Positions 39,124 to 49,137 of a stretch of 64,000 nucleotides of DNA are shown here, piece by piece. Position 1 is the stretch's first letter. Each line of letters starts with the position of its first letter. The notes under the pieces were generated by a model. The model saw only the letters and a list, made by a program, of their open reading frames with translations, was not told where the DNA came from and searched no databases. The DNA comes from Paracoccaceae bacterium (GTDB lineage: Bacteria; Pseudomonadota; Alphaproteobacteria; MPNO01; UBA830), in the NCBI GenBank assembly GCA_047638395.1, contig JBLIMV010000006.1:58683-122682 (forward strand). Direction: 5' to 3'. The translations under genes and the position numbers were made by a program.

Positions 39124-39180
39124 CCAGCCTGGCAACTGGCGTTTTTTGCCAGCCTGGCAACAGCCGTTTTTTGTCAGCCT
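39124..39180. repeat. 25-bp tandem repeat, about 2.3 copies
   Basis: ccagcctggcaactggcgttttttg / ccagcctggcaacagccgttttttg / tcagcct. Confidence 0.75.
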
Positions 39181-39363
39181 ATCAGCAGGCGGTGGTTATC
39201 AGCCATGGGCAGGCTGCCGGCGCACCGGGATGAATTCAGACGATTGATGTATTCAGGCCGTTTGACTGGGCGGCAAGACTCTATGCCTGAGACGCAAGCT
39301 GCGCGTGGGATCCACGCGCTGGTATTATCAGGTCTGCTAAATGCATCCGCAGCCCGGTCTCGC

Positions 39364-41559
39364 TCAGGCGAGCGCTTCGCGATATCCGTAACTGGCTGAT
39401 TTCTTGACATTCACCTGCTGAAGGACGACGCCGGAAACGCGGGCACCGGCTGTGGTCAGCTGCTTCATCGCGTCGATAGCCGCATGCTGCTTTGTGCCTT
39501 CCCAGCGGACCACGAACACAGTCGTATCTGCGTAATGCGCCAGGACGCGCGCATCCGAGACAGCCTCAAGAGCAGGTGAATCGATGATGATCATTTCGTA
39601 AGACGAGCGGAGCTTTGCGAGCAGATCGCGCATATGCGTGGAATTCAGCAATTCGGGCGGGTTTGGCGTTCCGACATTGGCCGGCAGGACATGGAGTCCG
39701 CTCTTGCTGTCCGTCAGGATAACCTCGTCGAGGGTTGCCTGACCGGAGAACAGGTCCAGCAGCCCCTTGTCAGGCGAAACACCAATGCGCGGTCCGACGG
39801 ACGGTTTTCGAAGATCACCGTCAATCAGCAAGACCCGGCCCTCCATTGCCGCAATCGCCGACAATCTGGCCAGGGAGATCGCGAGACTCGTCTTGCCATC
39901 GCCCGACTGAGAAGAAGCGACAAGCACTACTTTTGGCGGCGCGTCCGGGTTGGAAACGAGCAAAGAGGTGCGTAGCGATCTGATCGCCTCGACATAGGGA
40001 GAATGCCCATCAGTAAATACGATATCGTGCACGTTCTTGCGCGCTTCGGCACCGCGAATTCGCGGCACAATTCCGAGCGTCGGCTCGCGCATCACGCGCT
40101 CGACCTGAGTGACCGAACGGAATCCACCATCGAGCCGCTCAAGGGTCAAGACAAGAACCAGCCCGAAGCCTATGGATACAAAGAAACCGAATGCGATAAT
40201 AATGGGCTTACGCGGCGCAGACGGATGGGTCGGCGCTTTCGCGGGCGAGATCAGTTCAACCGGGTTGCGTTTGAGTGAAGACGTCTGTTCAACTTCTTTC
40301 GCACGGGCGACAAAGAGATCGTAGAGCTTTCGGTTCGACAGCGCTTCGCGTCTCATCTGCAGGAACTGAACACGATCCTCATTGGTCGATGCACGTTCGA
40401 CATCCACGGCGTCCAGTTGCTCACGGACAGAGCGGACAGCGGCTTCCGCGACCCGCACTTCATTAGCAAGAGCACCGATAATGCGTTGTTGCTCCTGGGC
40501 AATCTCACTGCGCGTGTTTTTGATCTCGGCGCGCAGATTTATCATCGTCGGATGTTTTTCGCCGAAGCGTGTATCTAGCTCAGCTGCACGGCGGACAAGC
40601 GCGGTTTCCTGAACGCGCAACCGCTGGATGGCATTGGAATTCTGAACTTCGGACGTCGAATCGAGCCCTTTGCCGGACGCACTGATCCTTTTCAACTGCC
40701 GCAGGCGGACCTGTTTTTCGGCTAGTTGGGATTTCACAGCGCCCAGACGTTGGCCAAGCTCCGATACGCGCCTGTCGATAATCGGTGACGTACCGTTATC
40801 GGCCAGGCGGCGGGCCGCCACAAATTCGGCAACTTTGCGTTCGGAGACACGGAGTTTCCCCTCCATTTCCGCGATACGCGAATCCAGCCACAGGCTTGTC
40901 GTCGCTGCCTGGTCTGCAGCGCGCGAAAGACGGTCCTCGCTATAGATATCAACAAAGGCGTTCGCCATAAGAGCCGATTTGGCGGCGGCCTTTGTCTCGA
41001 ACTGGATCACAACGACATTCGCCAGCCCGGGAGGTCGAATGACCATCCGCAGCCTGACACTATCGACAATCCGCTTCATCTCTCTCTGTGAGCGCTCTTC
41101 GTCGCTGATACTCGTATTCAGCGGTGACAATGTTTCAATCAGCCATTTTACGGGCGACAAATCGCGCATCGACGAAAACATACCGGGCTGAAGAGCCGGG
41201 TTGAATTCTGAATCCTCAACGAGGTTCAGGGCGCTAACGACTTTCTCGATCAGCCGGTCGGACCTCATGACCTCGATTTCGCTATAGATCGAAACGCGTC
41301 CGCCCGAAGCTCCTGAAAGGAGTGAACGTGTATTGCCAATGTTGAGCGATTCAGTGTTGGGGCGAGTCTCGGCGTTAATCAGGATGCGTGCAGACGAGGT
41401 GTAGCGCGGCGGAATCTGATAGGCCGCAAATATCGTAAGCCCTGTGATCACAGCGACGATCGTTACAAGAAGATACTTGTGACGCCAGAATGCCCGCAGC
41501 GTTTCAGCTACCGGCGGCTGCCCAGCCGCGCGCTCACCGCTAAACTCGATCGAACTCAT
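39364..41559 (-). CDS. wzc: Wzc/ExoP/GumC polysaccharide co-polymerase tyrosine kinase
   Basis: N-terminal TM with PPRYTSSARILI, coiled-coil periplasmic domain, PSAPRK TM, EAIRSLRT, GDGKT, LLIDGDLRKP, IIIDSP; start uncertain (41559-41607). Confidence 0.92.
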   Translation of the reverse strand: MSSIEFSGERAAGQPPVAETLRAFWRHKYLLVTIVAVITGLTIFAAYQIPPRYTSSARILINAETRPNTESLNIGNTRSLLSGASGGRVSIYSEIEVMRSDRLIEKVVSALNLVEDSEFNPALQPGMFSSMRDLSPVKWLIETLSPLNTSISDEERSQREMKRIVDSVRLRMVIRPPGLANVVVIQFETKAAAKSALMANAFVDIYSEDRLSRAADQAATTSLWLDSRIAEMEGKLRVSERKVAEFVAARRLADNGTSPIIDRRVSELGQRLGAVKSQLAEKQVRLRQLKRISASGKGLDSTSEVQNSNAIQRLRVQETALVRRAAELDTRFGEKHPTMINLRAEIKNTRSEIAQEQQRIIGALANEVRVAEAAVRSVREQLDAVDVERASTNEDRVQFLQMRREALSNRKLYDLFVARAKEVEQTSSLKRNPVELISPAKAPTHPSAPRKPIIIAFGFFVSIGFGLVLVLTLERLDGGFRSVTQVERVMREPTLGIVPRIRGAEARKNVHDIVFTDGHSPYVEAIRSLRTSLLVSNPDAPPKVVLVASSQSGDGKTSLAISLARLSAIAAMEGRVLLIDGDLRKPSVGPRIGVSPDKGLLDLFSGQATLDEVILTDSKSGLHVLPANVGTPNPPELLNSTHMRDLLAKLRSSYEMIIIDSPALEAVSDARVLAHYADTTVFVVRWEGTKQHAAIDAMKQLTTAGARVSGVVLQQVNVKKSASYGYREALA

Positions 41560-41622
41560 CTTGGCCGTTCCATCCATTGGGACTGGCATCCAAATCATTG
41601 CATACATTGAGGCTCGTCGTGG

Positions 41623-41680
41623 TTACCCACGCGTTAACCTCGGCGGACATGATTACCAAATAACGTTAACGCATCGTTGA
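41623..41680. promoter_or_regulatory. Two CtrA-like boxes (1 mismatch each) upstream of wzc
   Basis: ttac-ccacgcg-ttaa (41623-41637); ttaa-cgcatcg-ttga (41666-41680). Confidence 0.5.
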
Positions 41681-41716
41681 CAGCGAAACGGTGGAACGTC
41701 TTTTTTTGGCGAAACC

Positions 41717-43807
41717 TCAGGCAAGGCCCAGCTGGGCGCCGTCCTGCTCGGGATTTTTGGCGATCGAACGATGCTCGACCGGAATATAGGAATTAACCAA
41801 CGCGCCATCTTTGTTAGCAGTGGGTGTGTACTCGGGCACAACAGTTCGTATGAGCTTCAGGGCTTCATCGACCTTCGATATTTCGGCGACGTCGATGAGC
41901 TTGGTGATCAGCCGCTCCAGCATGACGAAATCAGCGGTGCGCGGTGAGGCCAGCAGAATGCCCTCGACCTCAGTCGGCAACAGTTCTTCAGATTGATGCA
42001 AGGGCTCCTCGTACAGCTTCTCACCCGGACGTAAACCCGTGTAGACGATATCTATATCCTCGCCCGGCCGCAGCCCCGCGAGCCTGATCATCTGGCGTGC
42101 CAGGTCCTGGATCCGGACGGCCGACCCCATTTCCAGCGTATAAATGCTGCCTCGGTGTTCCTGCGATCGGGTTCCGAGCGCAGATGCCTGAAGAACCAGC
42201 GCAACGGCCTCACGCGTCGTCATGAAATAACGCGTTACCGCGGGATGGGTAACTGTCAGCGGACCGCCCACAGCAAGTTGTTTCTGAAACAACGGCACCA
42301 CCGACCCGGTGGACCCCAGAACGTTGCCGAACCGCACGGTCAGAAAACGGGTACCGTTCTCCGGCGCCGTGTCGATATCCATTGCCTGGCAGTAACATTC
42401 CGCAACCCGCTTGGTCGCGCCCATGACGCTAGTCGGATTCACAGCCTTATCCGTCGAAATAAGAACCATTGCGGAGACCCCGGCCGCGCGAGCCGCATCC
42501 GCGATGTTCCGGGTGCCACGGATATTGGTGAGCACACCCTCTGACGGGTGCATCTCGACCATGGGAACGTGTTTCATCGCGGCTGCATGAAATACCAGGG
42601 CCGGTTGGTGTTTTTCAAACACACTAAAAACACGTGACCGGTCACGAACGTCGGCCATTACCACGCTCCGCTTCACGTCGGGGAAACGCTCTGCGACTTC
42701 CATGTCGATCCCGTAAAGATGAAATTCGGAGTTATCGACAAGGATGATCTCTTCGGGGGAGAACGCGCTGATCTGGCGCACCAGTTCGCTGCCGATTGTA
42801 CCACCGGCACCGGTGACCAATACTCTGGCGCCATGGCACAGATCACGCATACTGCCGCGGTCCAAAAGGGTTTGCGGGCGTCCAAGAAGGTCTTCAATCG
42901 CAATCGGTTTGACCTCGATCCGCTGATCAATACCTGCACGCAGTTCGGTAAGTCGGGGAATCCGGCTGAGTGTGAGGCCCAGCCGCTCCGCCTCCTCGAG
43001 CATGGATTTCAGGCTGGCAGGGGATAAATGTTCCTCGGTAATCACCAGCCGGCTTGGACGGTTCCCTTTTCTATCAAGCTTCCGGACGACCGTTTCAAGA
43101 TTTCCAGGTGACCCCAGAACCTCTACTCCGTGAATCGAACGACGAAAATTCGCCCCCATTTCATCGACAATGCCAACGACCCGAAATCGCGATTCAGGGT
43201 CCCGGCCGAGCGCCCGCAGGAACAGTTCGGTTGCATCCCCCGCACCCAGAAGCAGCAGCGATATATGATCGTCCCGACCGCTCGGCTTTGTGCGAATATT
43301 GGGCTCGGCCGCGAGACGCGCACCGACCCGGGGTCCGCTCATCAGGACAACCATAAACAGCCAGGCATTTATATAAGTGCCCCACTCCGCCACCGACAGG
43401 GACCCCACAGTGCGATCTATCGTCAGGTAGGAAAGTACGACGATCGTCGAAACCGTCAGAATCGATACGAGATCCGGCAACGAGGTGTAGCGCCAAAGAC
43501 TGCGATAGGGCCGGAATATGACAAACGCGACGGTCGCAAGAAGCGTGAACACCAGAATATCGGCTTCAAATCCCACGCCAACACCGCCATCGATGAGGTT
43601 ACCGGGTACGATCAGCAGGGCTACCGTTATCGAAATCGACGCCATGCAGATATCGTGCAGGCAGGCAAAATGGGCAAAGCCGGGACCGTTGCGGTGCAGA
43701 TCGAGAAAGCCGTCGCGCAGGCGCCCAAAAGCCAGGACTCCCTGAAAGCCGTTATCGTCCGTCGTGGTGTCCTCTGACGGCCTGTGATGATCAGGATGGT
43801 CTTTCAC
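41717..43807 (-). CDS. Membrane-bound CapD/WbpM/PglF UDP-GlcNAc 4,6-dehydratase
   Basis: N-terminal TMs, LLGAGDA, IEDLLGR, VTGAGGTIGSEL, HAAAMKHVP, STDKAVNPTSVMGATKR; GTG 43807 with GGGGGA RBS (ORF extends to 43855). Confidence 0.93.
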   Translation of the reverse strand: MKDHPDHHRPSEDTTTDDNGFQGVLAFGRLRDGFLDLHRNGPGFAHFACLHDICMASISITVALLIVPGNLIDGGVGVGFEADILVFTLLATVAFVIFRPYRSLWRYTSLPDLVSILTVSTIVVLSYLTIDRTVGSLSVAEWGTYINAWLFMVVLMSGPRVGARLAAEPNIRTKPSGRDDHISLLLLGAGDATELFLRALGRDPESRFRVVGIVDEMGANFRRSIHGVEVLGSPGNLETVVRKLDRKGNRPSRLVITEEHLSPASLKSMLEEAERLGLTLSRIPRLTELRAGIDQRIEVKPIAIEDLLGRPQTLLDRGSMRDLCHGARVLVTGAGGTIGSELVRQISAFSPEEIILVDNSEFHLYGIDMEVAERFPDVKRSVVMADVRDRSRVFSVFEKHQPALVFHAAAMKHVPMVEMHPSEGVLTNIRGTRNIADAARAAGVSAMVLISTDKAVNPTSVMGATKRVAECYCQAMDIDTAPENGTRFLTVRFGNVLGSTGSVVPLFQKQLAVGGPLTVTHPAVTRYFMTTREAVALVLQASALGTRSQEHRGSIYTLEMGSAVRIQDLARQMIRLAGLRPGEDIDIVYTGLRPGEKLYEEPLHQSEELLPTEVEGILLASPRTADFVMLERLITKLIDVAEISKVDEALKLIRTVVPEYTPTANKDGALVNSYIPVEHRSIAKNPEQDGAQLGLA

Positions 43808-44079
43808 GTCGTCCCCCGAATAAAGATACGCATCGATGCGTTGCGCTCTTTTCAAAGCAATATTCGGACCAGACTGGTTAACGACCGGAGCCTGTTGAAA
43901 TAATTGACCTTTTCGGAAACACCTCCGTCTTCAGCACTGCACCGAGGCGCTTGAACGGGACCTTCCCGGTCACTACAGGCGGCAATTTTTGCCGGGGGAT
44001 GGCCGGGGATGGAAGGTTGCGCCCGTCAGCCGCGTGGATATCATGGGCGAAAGCGGCGACGCCGTAACGGGAGGAACGA

Positions 44080-44937
44080 ATGATAGAACTGGTCGATCTT
44101 CGATATGTGCATCTCGGTGCATCAAGCGCCACCGATGCCTCAAAATGGGCACAGGAGATCTACGGTCTTGAAGAGGTCGCGCGGGAAAACGGGCGCATTT
44201 ATTTGCGCGGCGACGATCGCGACCACAACATCTGTTATTTCGACGGGGACCCCAAGGACAACACCGTCGGCGTAGAAGTCGCCGATTACGACGCGCTGGA
44301 CCAGGCTGCAAGCCATCTTGAAGCCAATGGCGTGCAGGTCACCTGGGGTGACGATCAGGGCGCCGCCCTGCGCCGGTGTATGAAATACCTCACGTTCAGC
44401 GATCCGACGGGCAACAAGTTCGATCTCCTCGTTCGACCCTTTGCGTCGGGCCGGCGCTATTTCCCGAGCCGTGACGCCGGCGTGCACTGGTTCAACCATA
44501 TCGGGCTCAAGACCACGGACGCGCCGCGGGATGAGAAATTCTGGTGCACCCTGTTCAATTTTACCGCCAATGACTGGATCGGCGACGCCCCGCTGATGTC
44601 CTTCGATAAGGTACACCACCGCTTTGCGTTGTTTCCGACGCATGAAGCAGGCGTCCAGCACATCAATTTCCAGGTAAAGGAAACCGACGACCTGATGCGG
44701 TCGTCCTATTTCTTCAATGACCGACAGATCCGTATCGTTTTCGGACCCGGTCGGCATGCGACATCGGGAGCCCGATTCCTCTATTTCGAAGGCCCGGACG
44801 GCATGATCTACGAGTATTCCTGCGGCGTGCGGATGATCGAACCTGAAGAAGAATGGAAACCGCGCCAGTTCCCGTTTACGCCGGAATCGTTCTGCGTCTG
44901 GGGGTCGAAGCCCGACATCCCCGAGTTCAAAGACTAG
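44080..44937 (+). CDS. VOC-family extradiol dioxygenase, CmtC/DhbA-like (2,3-dihydroxybenzoate/-cumate type)
   Basis: LRYVHLG, FNHIGL, HHRFALF, QHINFQV, FGPGRH, FLYFEGPDG..YEY; adjacent to class II aldolase-like gene. Confidence 0.7.
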   Translation: MIELVDLRYVHLGASSATDASKWAQEIYGLEEVARENGRIYLRGDDRDHNICYFDGDPKDNTVGVEVADYDALDQAASHLEANGVQVTWGDDQGAALRRCMKYLTFSDPTGNKFDLLVRPFASGRRYFPSRDAGVHWFNHIGLKTTDAPRDEKFWCTLFNFTANDWIGDAPLMSFDKVHHRFALFPTHEAGVQHINFQVKETDDLMRSSYFFNDRQIRIVFGPGRHATSGARFLYFEGPDGMIYEYSCGVRMIEPEEEWKPRQFPFTPESFCVWGSKPDIPEFKD

Positions 44938-44940
44938 ATC

Positions 44941-45645
44941 ATGAGTGATACGGAATTCGGCGCCCTCGGCGAACCGCTGGATCACACCCAGGTGCGTGTC
45001 CGCATGGCGGCGCGCGCCCTTGGCAATAACGATCTCGGCCATGCATTCGGTCATGTCAGCGCGCGCATCGACGCCGACAGTTTCCTGGTCTGCGCACCGA
45101 AACCGATGGGGCTGATAACGCCGGATGATTCCGGAACTGTCGTGCCGATCAACGGCGCGTTACCCGATGGCGTCCTTGGCGAGGTGCGCTGCCATCAGCA
45201 GATTTACAAACGCCGCCCCGACGTGAATGGCATCGCACGGACGTTCCTGCGCGATGTAATGACGCTATCGACATTCCAGCGCACACCTAAGCCGCGTATC
45301 GGGTTCGCCACCTATTTCGCGCCCTGCCCGCCGCTTTGGGACGACCCTTTGCTGTTGCGGGATGACGCGGCTGCAGAGAAATTCGCAGACACCCTGGGCG
45401 ATGCCCGCGCCATCGTTATGCGTGGCAATGGATGCGTTCTGACCGGGGCCACCGTCGAAGAAGCAATCGTGATGGCATTTTTTCTCGAAGAAGCAGCCAA
45501 GACCGAGCTCGCCGTGATGGCAAGCGGCCAGGAAGCGGCGTCGGTTGTCTATTCGCCTGAACAGGCGAAAGCGCGCGCTGTCTCGTCAGGGCGCATCTTC
45601 GAGCGCATGTGGGATTATCTGACCGACGGCGACCCGGAAGCGTAA
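44941..45645 (+). CDS. Class II aldolase/adducin family protein, CmtD-like decarboxylase
   Basis: FGHVSAR, GEVRCHQQIYKRRPDV, VMRGNG. Confidence 0.75.
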   Translation: MSDTEFGALGEPLDHTQVRVRMAARALGNNDLGHAFGHVSARIDADSFLVCAPKPMGLITPDDSGTVVPINGALPDGVLGEVRCHQQIYKRRPDVNGIARTFLRDVMTLSTFQRTPKPRIGFATYFAPCPPLWDDPLLLRDDAAAEKFADTLGDARAIVMRGNGCVLTGATVEEAIVMAFFLEEAAKTELAVMASGQEAASVVYSPEQAKARAVSSGRIFERMWDYLTDGDPEA

Positions 45646-45771
45646 TTTCTCTTCTCCGAATTCGAATGCCCGCTTGCGCCACTGTGGTCTTCGCGGGATA
45701 GTAGAAAAAAAATAAATCGATATTTGGAATCGGATTTTGAAAAAATCGAAATCCTTACTTGGGAGAGAGAC

Positions 45772-46731
45772 ATGAGAAATGTAACGAAAATCGCGATTGC
45801 AGCAGTGCCGCTCGTCATGATGGCGAGTGCGGCCAATGCAGAAACCTTTGTGCGGATGATTTCCGGCCCCGCAGGCGGCGCATGGTATCCGTTCGGCGCG
45901 AAAATCATGGAAGTCGCGCAGAAGGAAGTCAAAGGCATCCGGACATCAAACGGCCCCGGCGGCGGCGTCGGCAATGTGCGCAAGGTCGACAAGGGCTCGG
46001 CCGAGCTGGGCTGGACGTTCGGTTTCACAGCTTATGAAGGCTATGCCGGCAAGGGAAAATTCAAGAAGAAGCACGAAAACATCCGCTATTTCGCGACCCT
46101 TTACCCGGGAATTCTGCAGACCGCCGTGCCGAAAAACTCGCCGATCAAGTCCTACGCGGACCTGAAGGGCAAGAACTTCAGCCCAGGCAAACTGACGTTT
46201 TCCGGCAATGTCACGGTCGAAAAACTGCTCGGCCATTACGGCATCACCTATAACGATATCAAATCCGGCGGCGGCACGATCCATCGTGTCGGCTACAAGG
46301 ATTCGGTTGCTCTGATGAAAGACGGCCATGTCGATGCATTCGTGGCGCTGACCAATGTGCCGAATTCGTCCTTTATCGCCCTCGACTTCCAGCCCGGTAT
46401 CCGGTTCCTGTCGGTCGACAAGAAAATCGCCGACAAGTTCGTCGCAGCGACCCCCGGCTTTTTCAACTACACGGTCAAAGGCGGTTCCTACAAGGGCATC
46501 ACCGAGGACATACCGACCCTGGCGACTGCAACTGTGATTATCACCAACAAGAACGTTGATAACGAGCTTGCGTACAATCTCGCTGCCGCGTTCTGGAAGA
46601 GCCATGCGGAATTCGTGAAGGTCAACAAGACCTGGAATAACGTGAAGCTCGCCACCGCGCTGCAGGGTGCCGCCATTCCGGTCCACCCCGGCGTGATGAA
46701 GTTCTACAAAGAAAAAGGCATCGCGAAGTAA
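45772..46731 (+). CDS. TAXI family TRAP solute-binding protein
   Basis: Signal peptide, SGPAGGAWYPFG, GGGVGN, IPVHPG..KFYKE. Confidence 0.92.
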   Translation: MRNVTKIAIAAVPLVMMASAANAETFVRMISGPAGGAWYPFGAKIMEVAQKEVKGIRTSNGPGGGVGNVRKVDKGSAELGWTFGFTAYEGYAGKGKFKKKHENIRYFATLYPGILQTAVPKNSPIKSYADLKGKNFSPGKLTFSGNVTVEKLLGHYGITYNDIKSGGGTIHRVGYKDSVALMKDGHVDAFVALTNVPNSSFIALDFQPGIRFLSVDKKIADKFVAATPGFFNYTVKGGSYKGITEDIPTLATATVIITNKNVDNELAYNLAAAFWKSHAEFVKVNKTWNNVKLATALQGAAIPVHPGVMKFYKEKGIAK

Positions 46732-46755
46732 GCGGGCCTGATCACGGGTAACCGG

Positions 46756-46785
46756 GCCGCCCTCTTCCCTGCGGGAGAGGGCGGC
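46756..46785 (+). other. Intercistronic hairpin after the SBP gene (mRNA-stabilising or attenuating)
   Basis: gccgccctcttccc-tgc-gggagagggcggc. Confidence 0.5.
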
Positions 46786-46802
46786 TCATCCGTGACCGCC
46801 GC

Positions 46803-48809
46803 ATGAGCGACACCCCTACCCTTCAATACGAAGAGCGGCGCGAATATTCGCTGCTCGAAGATGTCCTGCGCGCAAAGCGCATGGACCTGCCGTCCATACT
46901 GGCACTGATCGCATCGTCGCTCGCCATAGCCCTGGCGATTTATCACATCTTCGTCGCCGGGTTCGGCACCCCGGAATCACTTTCCTTCCGCTCGACCCAT
47001 CTGAGCGCGATGCTGTTGCTCGCATTTTTGATTTACCCGATGTTCCGCAGCGGACTTTCCGAACCCGTCTGGCAGGCCGGGCAGACGGGCAATGCGAAAC
47101 GGGTCTTCGGATTTGCCGTCGATCTGACGATGATCGTCCTGGTGCTGGCCGTGCAGATATACCTGCTGGCGGATATCGAGGAACTTCAGGCACGCGAGGG
47201 AGCGCCCGAAGAAAACGACATCATCCATGGCTGGATATTGATCGGCCTCGTCATCGAAGCGACACGGCGCGCCGTTGGCTGGGCAATGGTGATCATCACC
47301 GGTTTCTTTGTCTTTCAGACGCTAAAAGCCGACTGGTTTATCGGCATGTTTTACGGCCCGCCGGTCGACGTCGAGACGTTTATCGATGCGCAGTTCATCC
47401 AGACGATCGGCATCTTCGGGATCCCGTTACTCGTCGCATCGACCTATATCGTTCTGTTCATCATTTTTGGCGCGATCCTGATCCGATCCGGCGCGGGCCG
47501 CTTCTTTATCGATCTCGCCGTATCATTGACTGGCCACCGCCTTGGCGGTCCGGCCAAAGCATCCGTTGTTGCAAGCGCGTTCCTCGGCACGGTCTCCGGA
47601 TCTGCAACCGCGAACGTTGTCACGACAGGATCGTTCACCATCCCGATGATGAAGAATCTCGGCTACCGGCCGCGTTTCGCCGCTGCGGTCGAAGCCTGTG
47701 CATCGTCCGGCGGCCAGATCACTCCACCGATCATGGGGGCAGCCGCGTTCATCATCGCCGAATTCATGCGGGTGCCGTATATCCACGTGGTCGTCGCGGC
47801 AATCATCCCGACGTTCCTCTATTTCTCCACCATGTATTTCATGGTTCATCTCGAAGCCGACAAATGCGGCATCAAACGCGTACCGAAGGACCAGTTACCG
47901 AACCTCAAAGAGGTCCTCCGCGAAGGCTGGCATCTGATGCTGGCACTCCTCGTCCTGGTCGTATTGCTGATCATGGGACGCACCGTCACGCTGGCCGCAT
48001 TCTGGGCAATCTTTGCGCTTTTCGCGCTTTCCTTCATCAATTCAACGACGCGCATGAGCCCGGTCGATCTGCTGGCCGCGCTGGAAACCGGCGTGCGTTC
48101 CAGCATCCCCGTGACAATCGCCTGTGCCTGTGCCGGCATCATCATCGGCAGCACGTTTACATCCGGCCTCGGGCTGAAATTTACGAACTCGGTCATCGAG
48201 ATGTCCGGCGGCTATCTGATGATCCTGCTGATCCTGACGGCGGTGGCCGCGATCGTGCTCGGCATGGGGATCACCACAACGGCAGTCTATATTACCGTCG
48301 CCGCACTGATCGTCCCCGCCCTGATCGAGATCGGCGTCAATCCGATGTCGGCGCATCTGTTCGCCTTCTATTTCGGCGTTGTCTCGACGATCACGCCACC
48401 GGTGGCACTTGCATCATTCGCGGCGGCGGCGATAGCCGGGACGAATCCGATGATGACGGCTGTAGAATCGGCCCGCGTCGGGATTGCCAAATACCTGGTA
48501 CCGTTCGTCTTCGTTTACAATCCGGCGCTGCTGTTCGAGGGCCCGTTCTGGCTGACGGCCTATTCGACGGTGGCCGCCTTTATCGGCGTCTGGATGCTGT
48601 CGGTCTCTCTTGAAGCGTGGTACCGGGTCGCCCTTGGTCCCGTGGTCCGTCTGGCCGCAGCCATCGGTGCGCTCGCCATGATGTACCCGCCCATGATCCC
48701 GCTGCTCGGCGTGTCGGGCTTCGTGATCAACGGTGTCGGGATTGCTATCGCCTTGTGGGTTTTGTTTGGCCAGCGGCATTCCGGCGTGTCTGCAGAGGCC
48801 CGACCATGA
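46803..48809 (+). CDS. TRAP transporter 4TM/12TM fused permease
   Basis: EATRRAVG, GGPAKASV, GSATANV.TTGSFTIPMM, ASSGGQITPPIMGAAAF, ITPPVALASF. Confidence 0.95.
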   Translation: MSDTPTLQYEERREYSLLEDVLRAKRMDLPSILALIASSLAIALAIYHIFVAGFGTPESLSFRSTHLSAMLLLAFLIYPMFRSGLSEPVWQAGQTGNAKRVFGFAVDLTMIVLVLAVQIYLLADIEELQAREGAPEENDIIHGWILIGLVIEATRRAVGWAMVIITGFFVFQTLKADWFIGMFYGPPVDVETFIDAQFIQTIGIFGIPLLVASTYIVLFIIFGAILIRSGAGRFFIDLAVSLTGHRLGGPAKASVVASAFLGTVSGSATANVVTTGSFTIPMMKNLGYRPRFAAAVEACASSGGQITPPIMGAAAFIIAEFMRVPYIHVVVAAIIPTFLYFSTMYFMVHLEADKCGIKRVPKDQLPNLKEVLREGWHLMLALLVLVVLLIMGRTVTLAAFWAIFALFALSFINSTTRMSPVDLLAALETGVRSSIPVTIACACAGIIIGSTFTSGLGLKFTNSVIEMSGGYLMILLILTAVAAIVLGMGITTTAVYITVAALIVPALIEIGVNPMSAHLFAFYFGVVSTITPPVALASFAAAAIAGTNPMMTAVESARVGIAKYLVPFVFVYNPALLFEGPFWLTAYSTVAAFIGVWMLSVSLEAWYRVALGPVVRLAAAIGALAMMYPPMIPLLGVSGFVINGVGIAIALWVLFGQRHSGVSAEARP

Positions 48810-48819
48810 GAAACCGGCC

Positions 48820-49056
48820 ATGAGGAAACTGTTTATCGGCAAGCCCCTGCACTGGCTGATGATCGCGGCGGCCACAGGCGCGATGTACCTGCTCGGCACC
48901 GGACAATTTCACCGGGTGAACTACACTGGGTTTCTTTTCATCGTCCTTGGTATCGCCGTGGCTTGTGTCGCGCTTGTCCTGATCACTTACCGTCGTGGCG
49001 ACCGCATTACCCGTGATTCCCTGGACGAGGAGTCGGCTGAGAAAATCAGCGACTGA
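48820..49056 (+). CDS. Small 2-TM membrane protein
   Basis: MRKLFIGKPLHWLMIAAATGAMYLLG...FLFIVLGIAVACVALVLITYRRGDRITR; operonic after permease. Confidence 0.65.
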   Translation: MRKLFIGKPLHWLMIAAATGAMYLLGTGQFHRVNYTGFLFIVLGIAVACVALVLITYRRGDRITRDSLDEESAEKISD

Positions 49057-49137
49057 CCCCTTAATCCGCGACCGAATTTGGATATACTGACGGAACAAAG
49101 CAGCCAGAAAATCGCAGTAGAATATCAGGGAGCAACT

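Noticed and set aside
39124-39180. Possible CRISPR array
   Set aside because: Repeats are directly adjacent with no spacers, only ~2 copies, and no cas genes.
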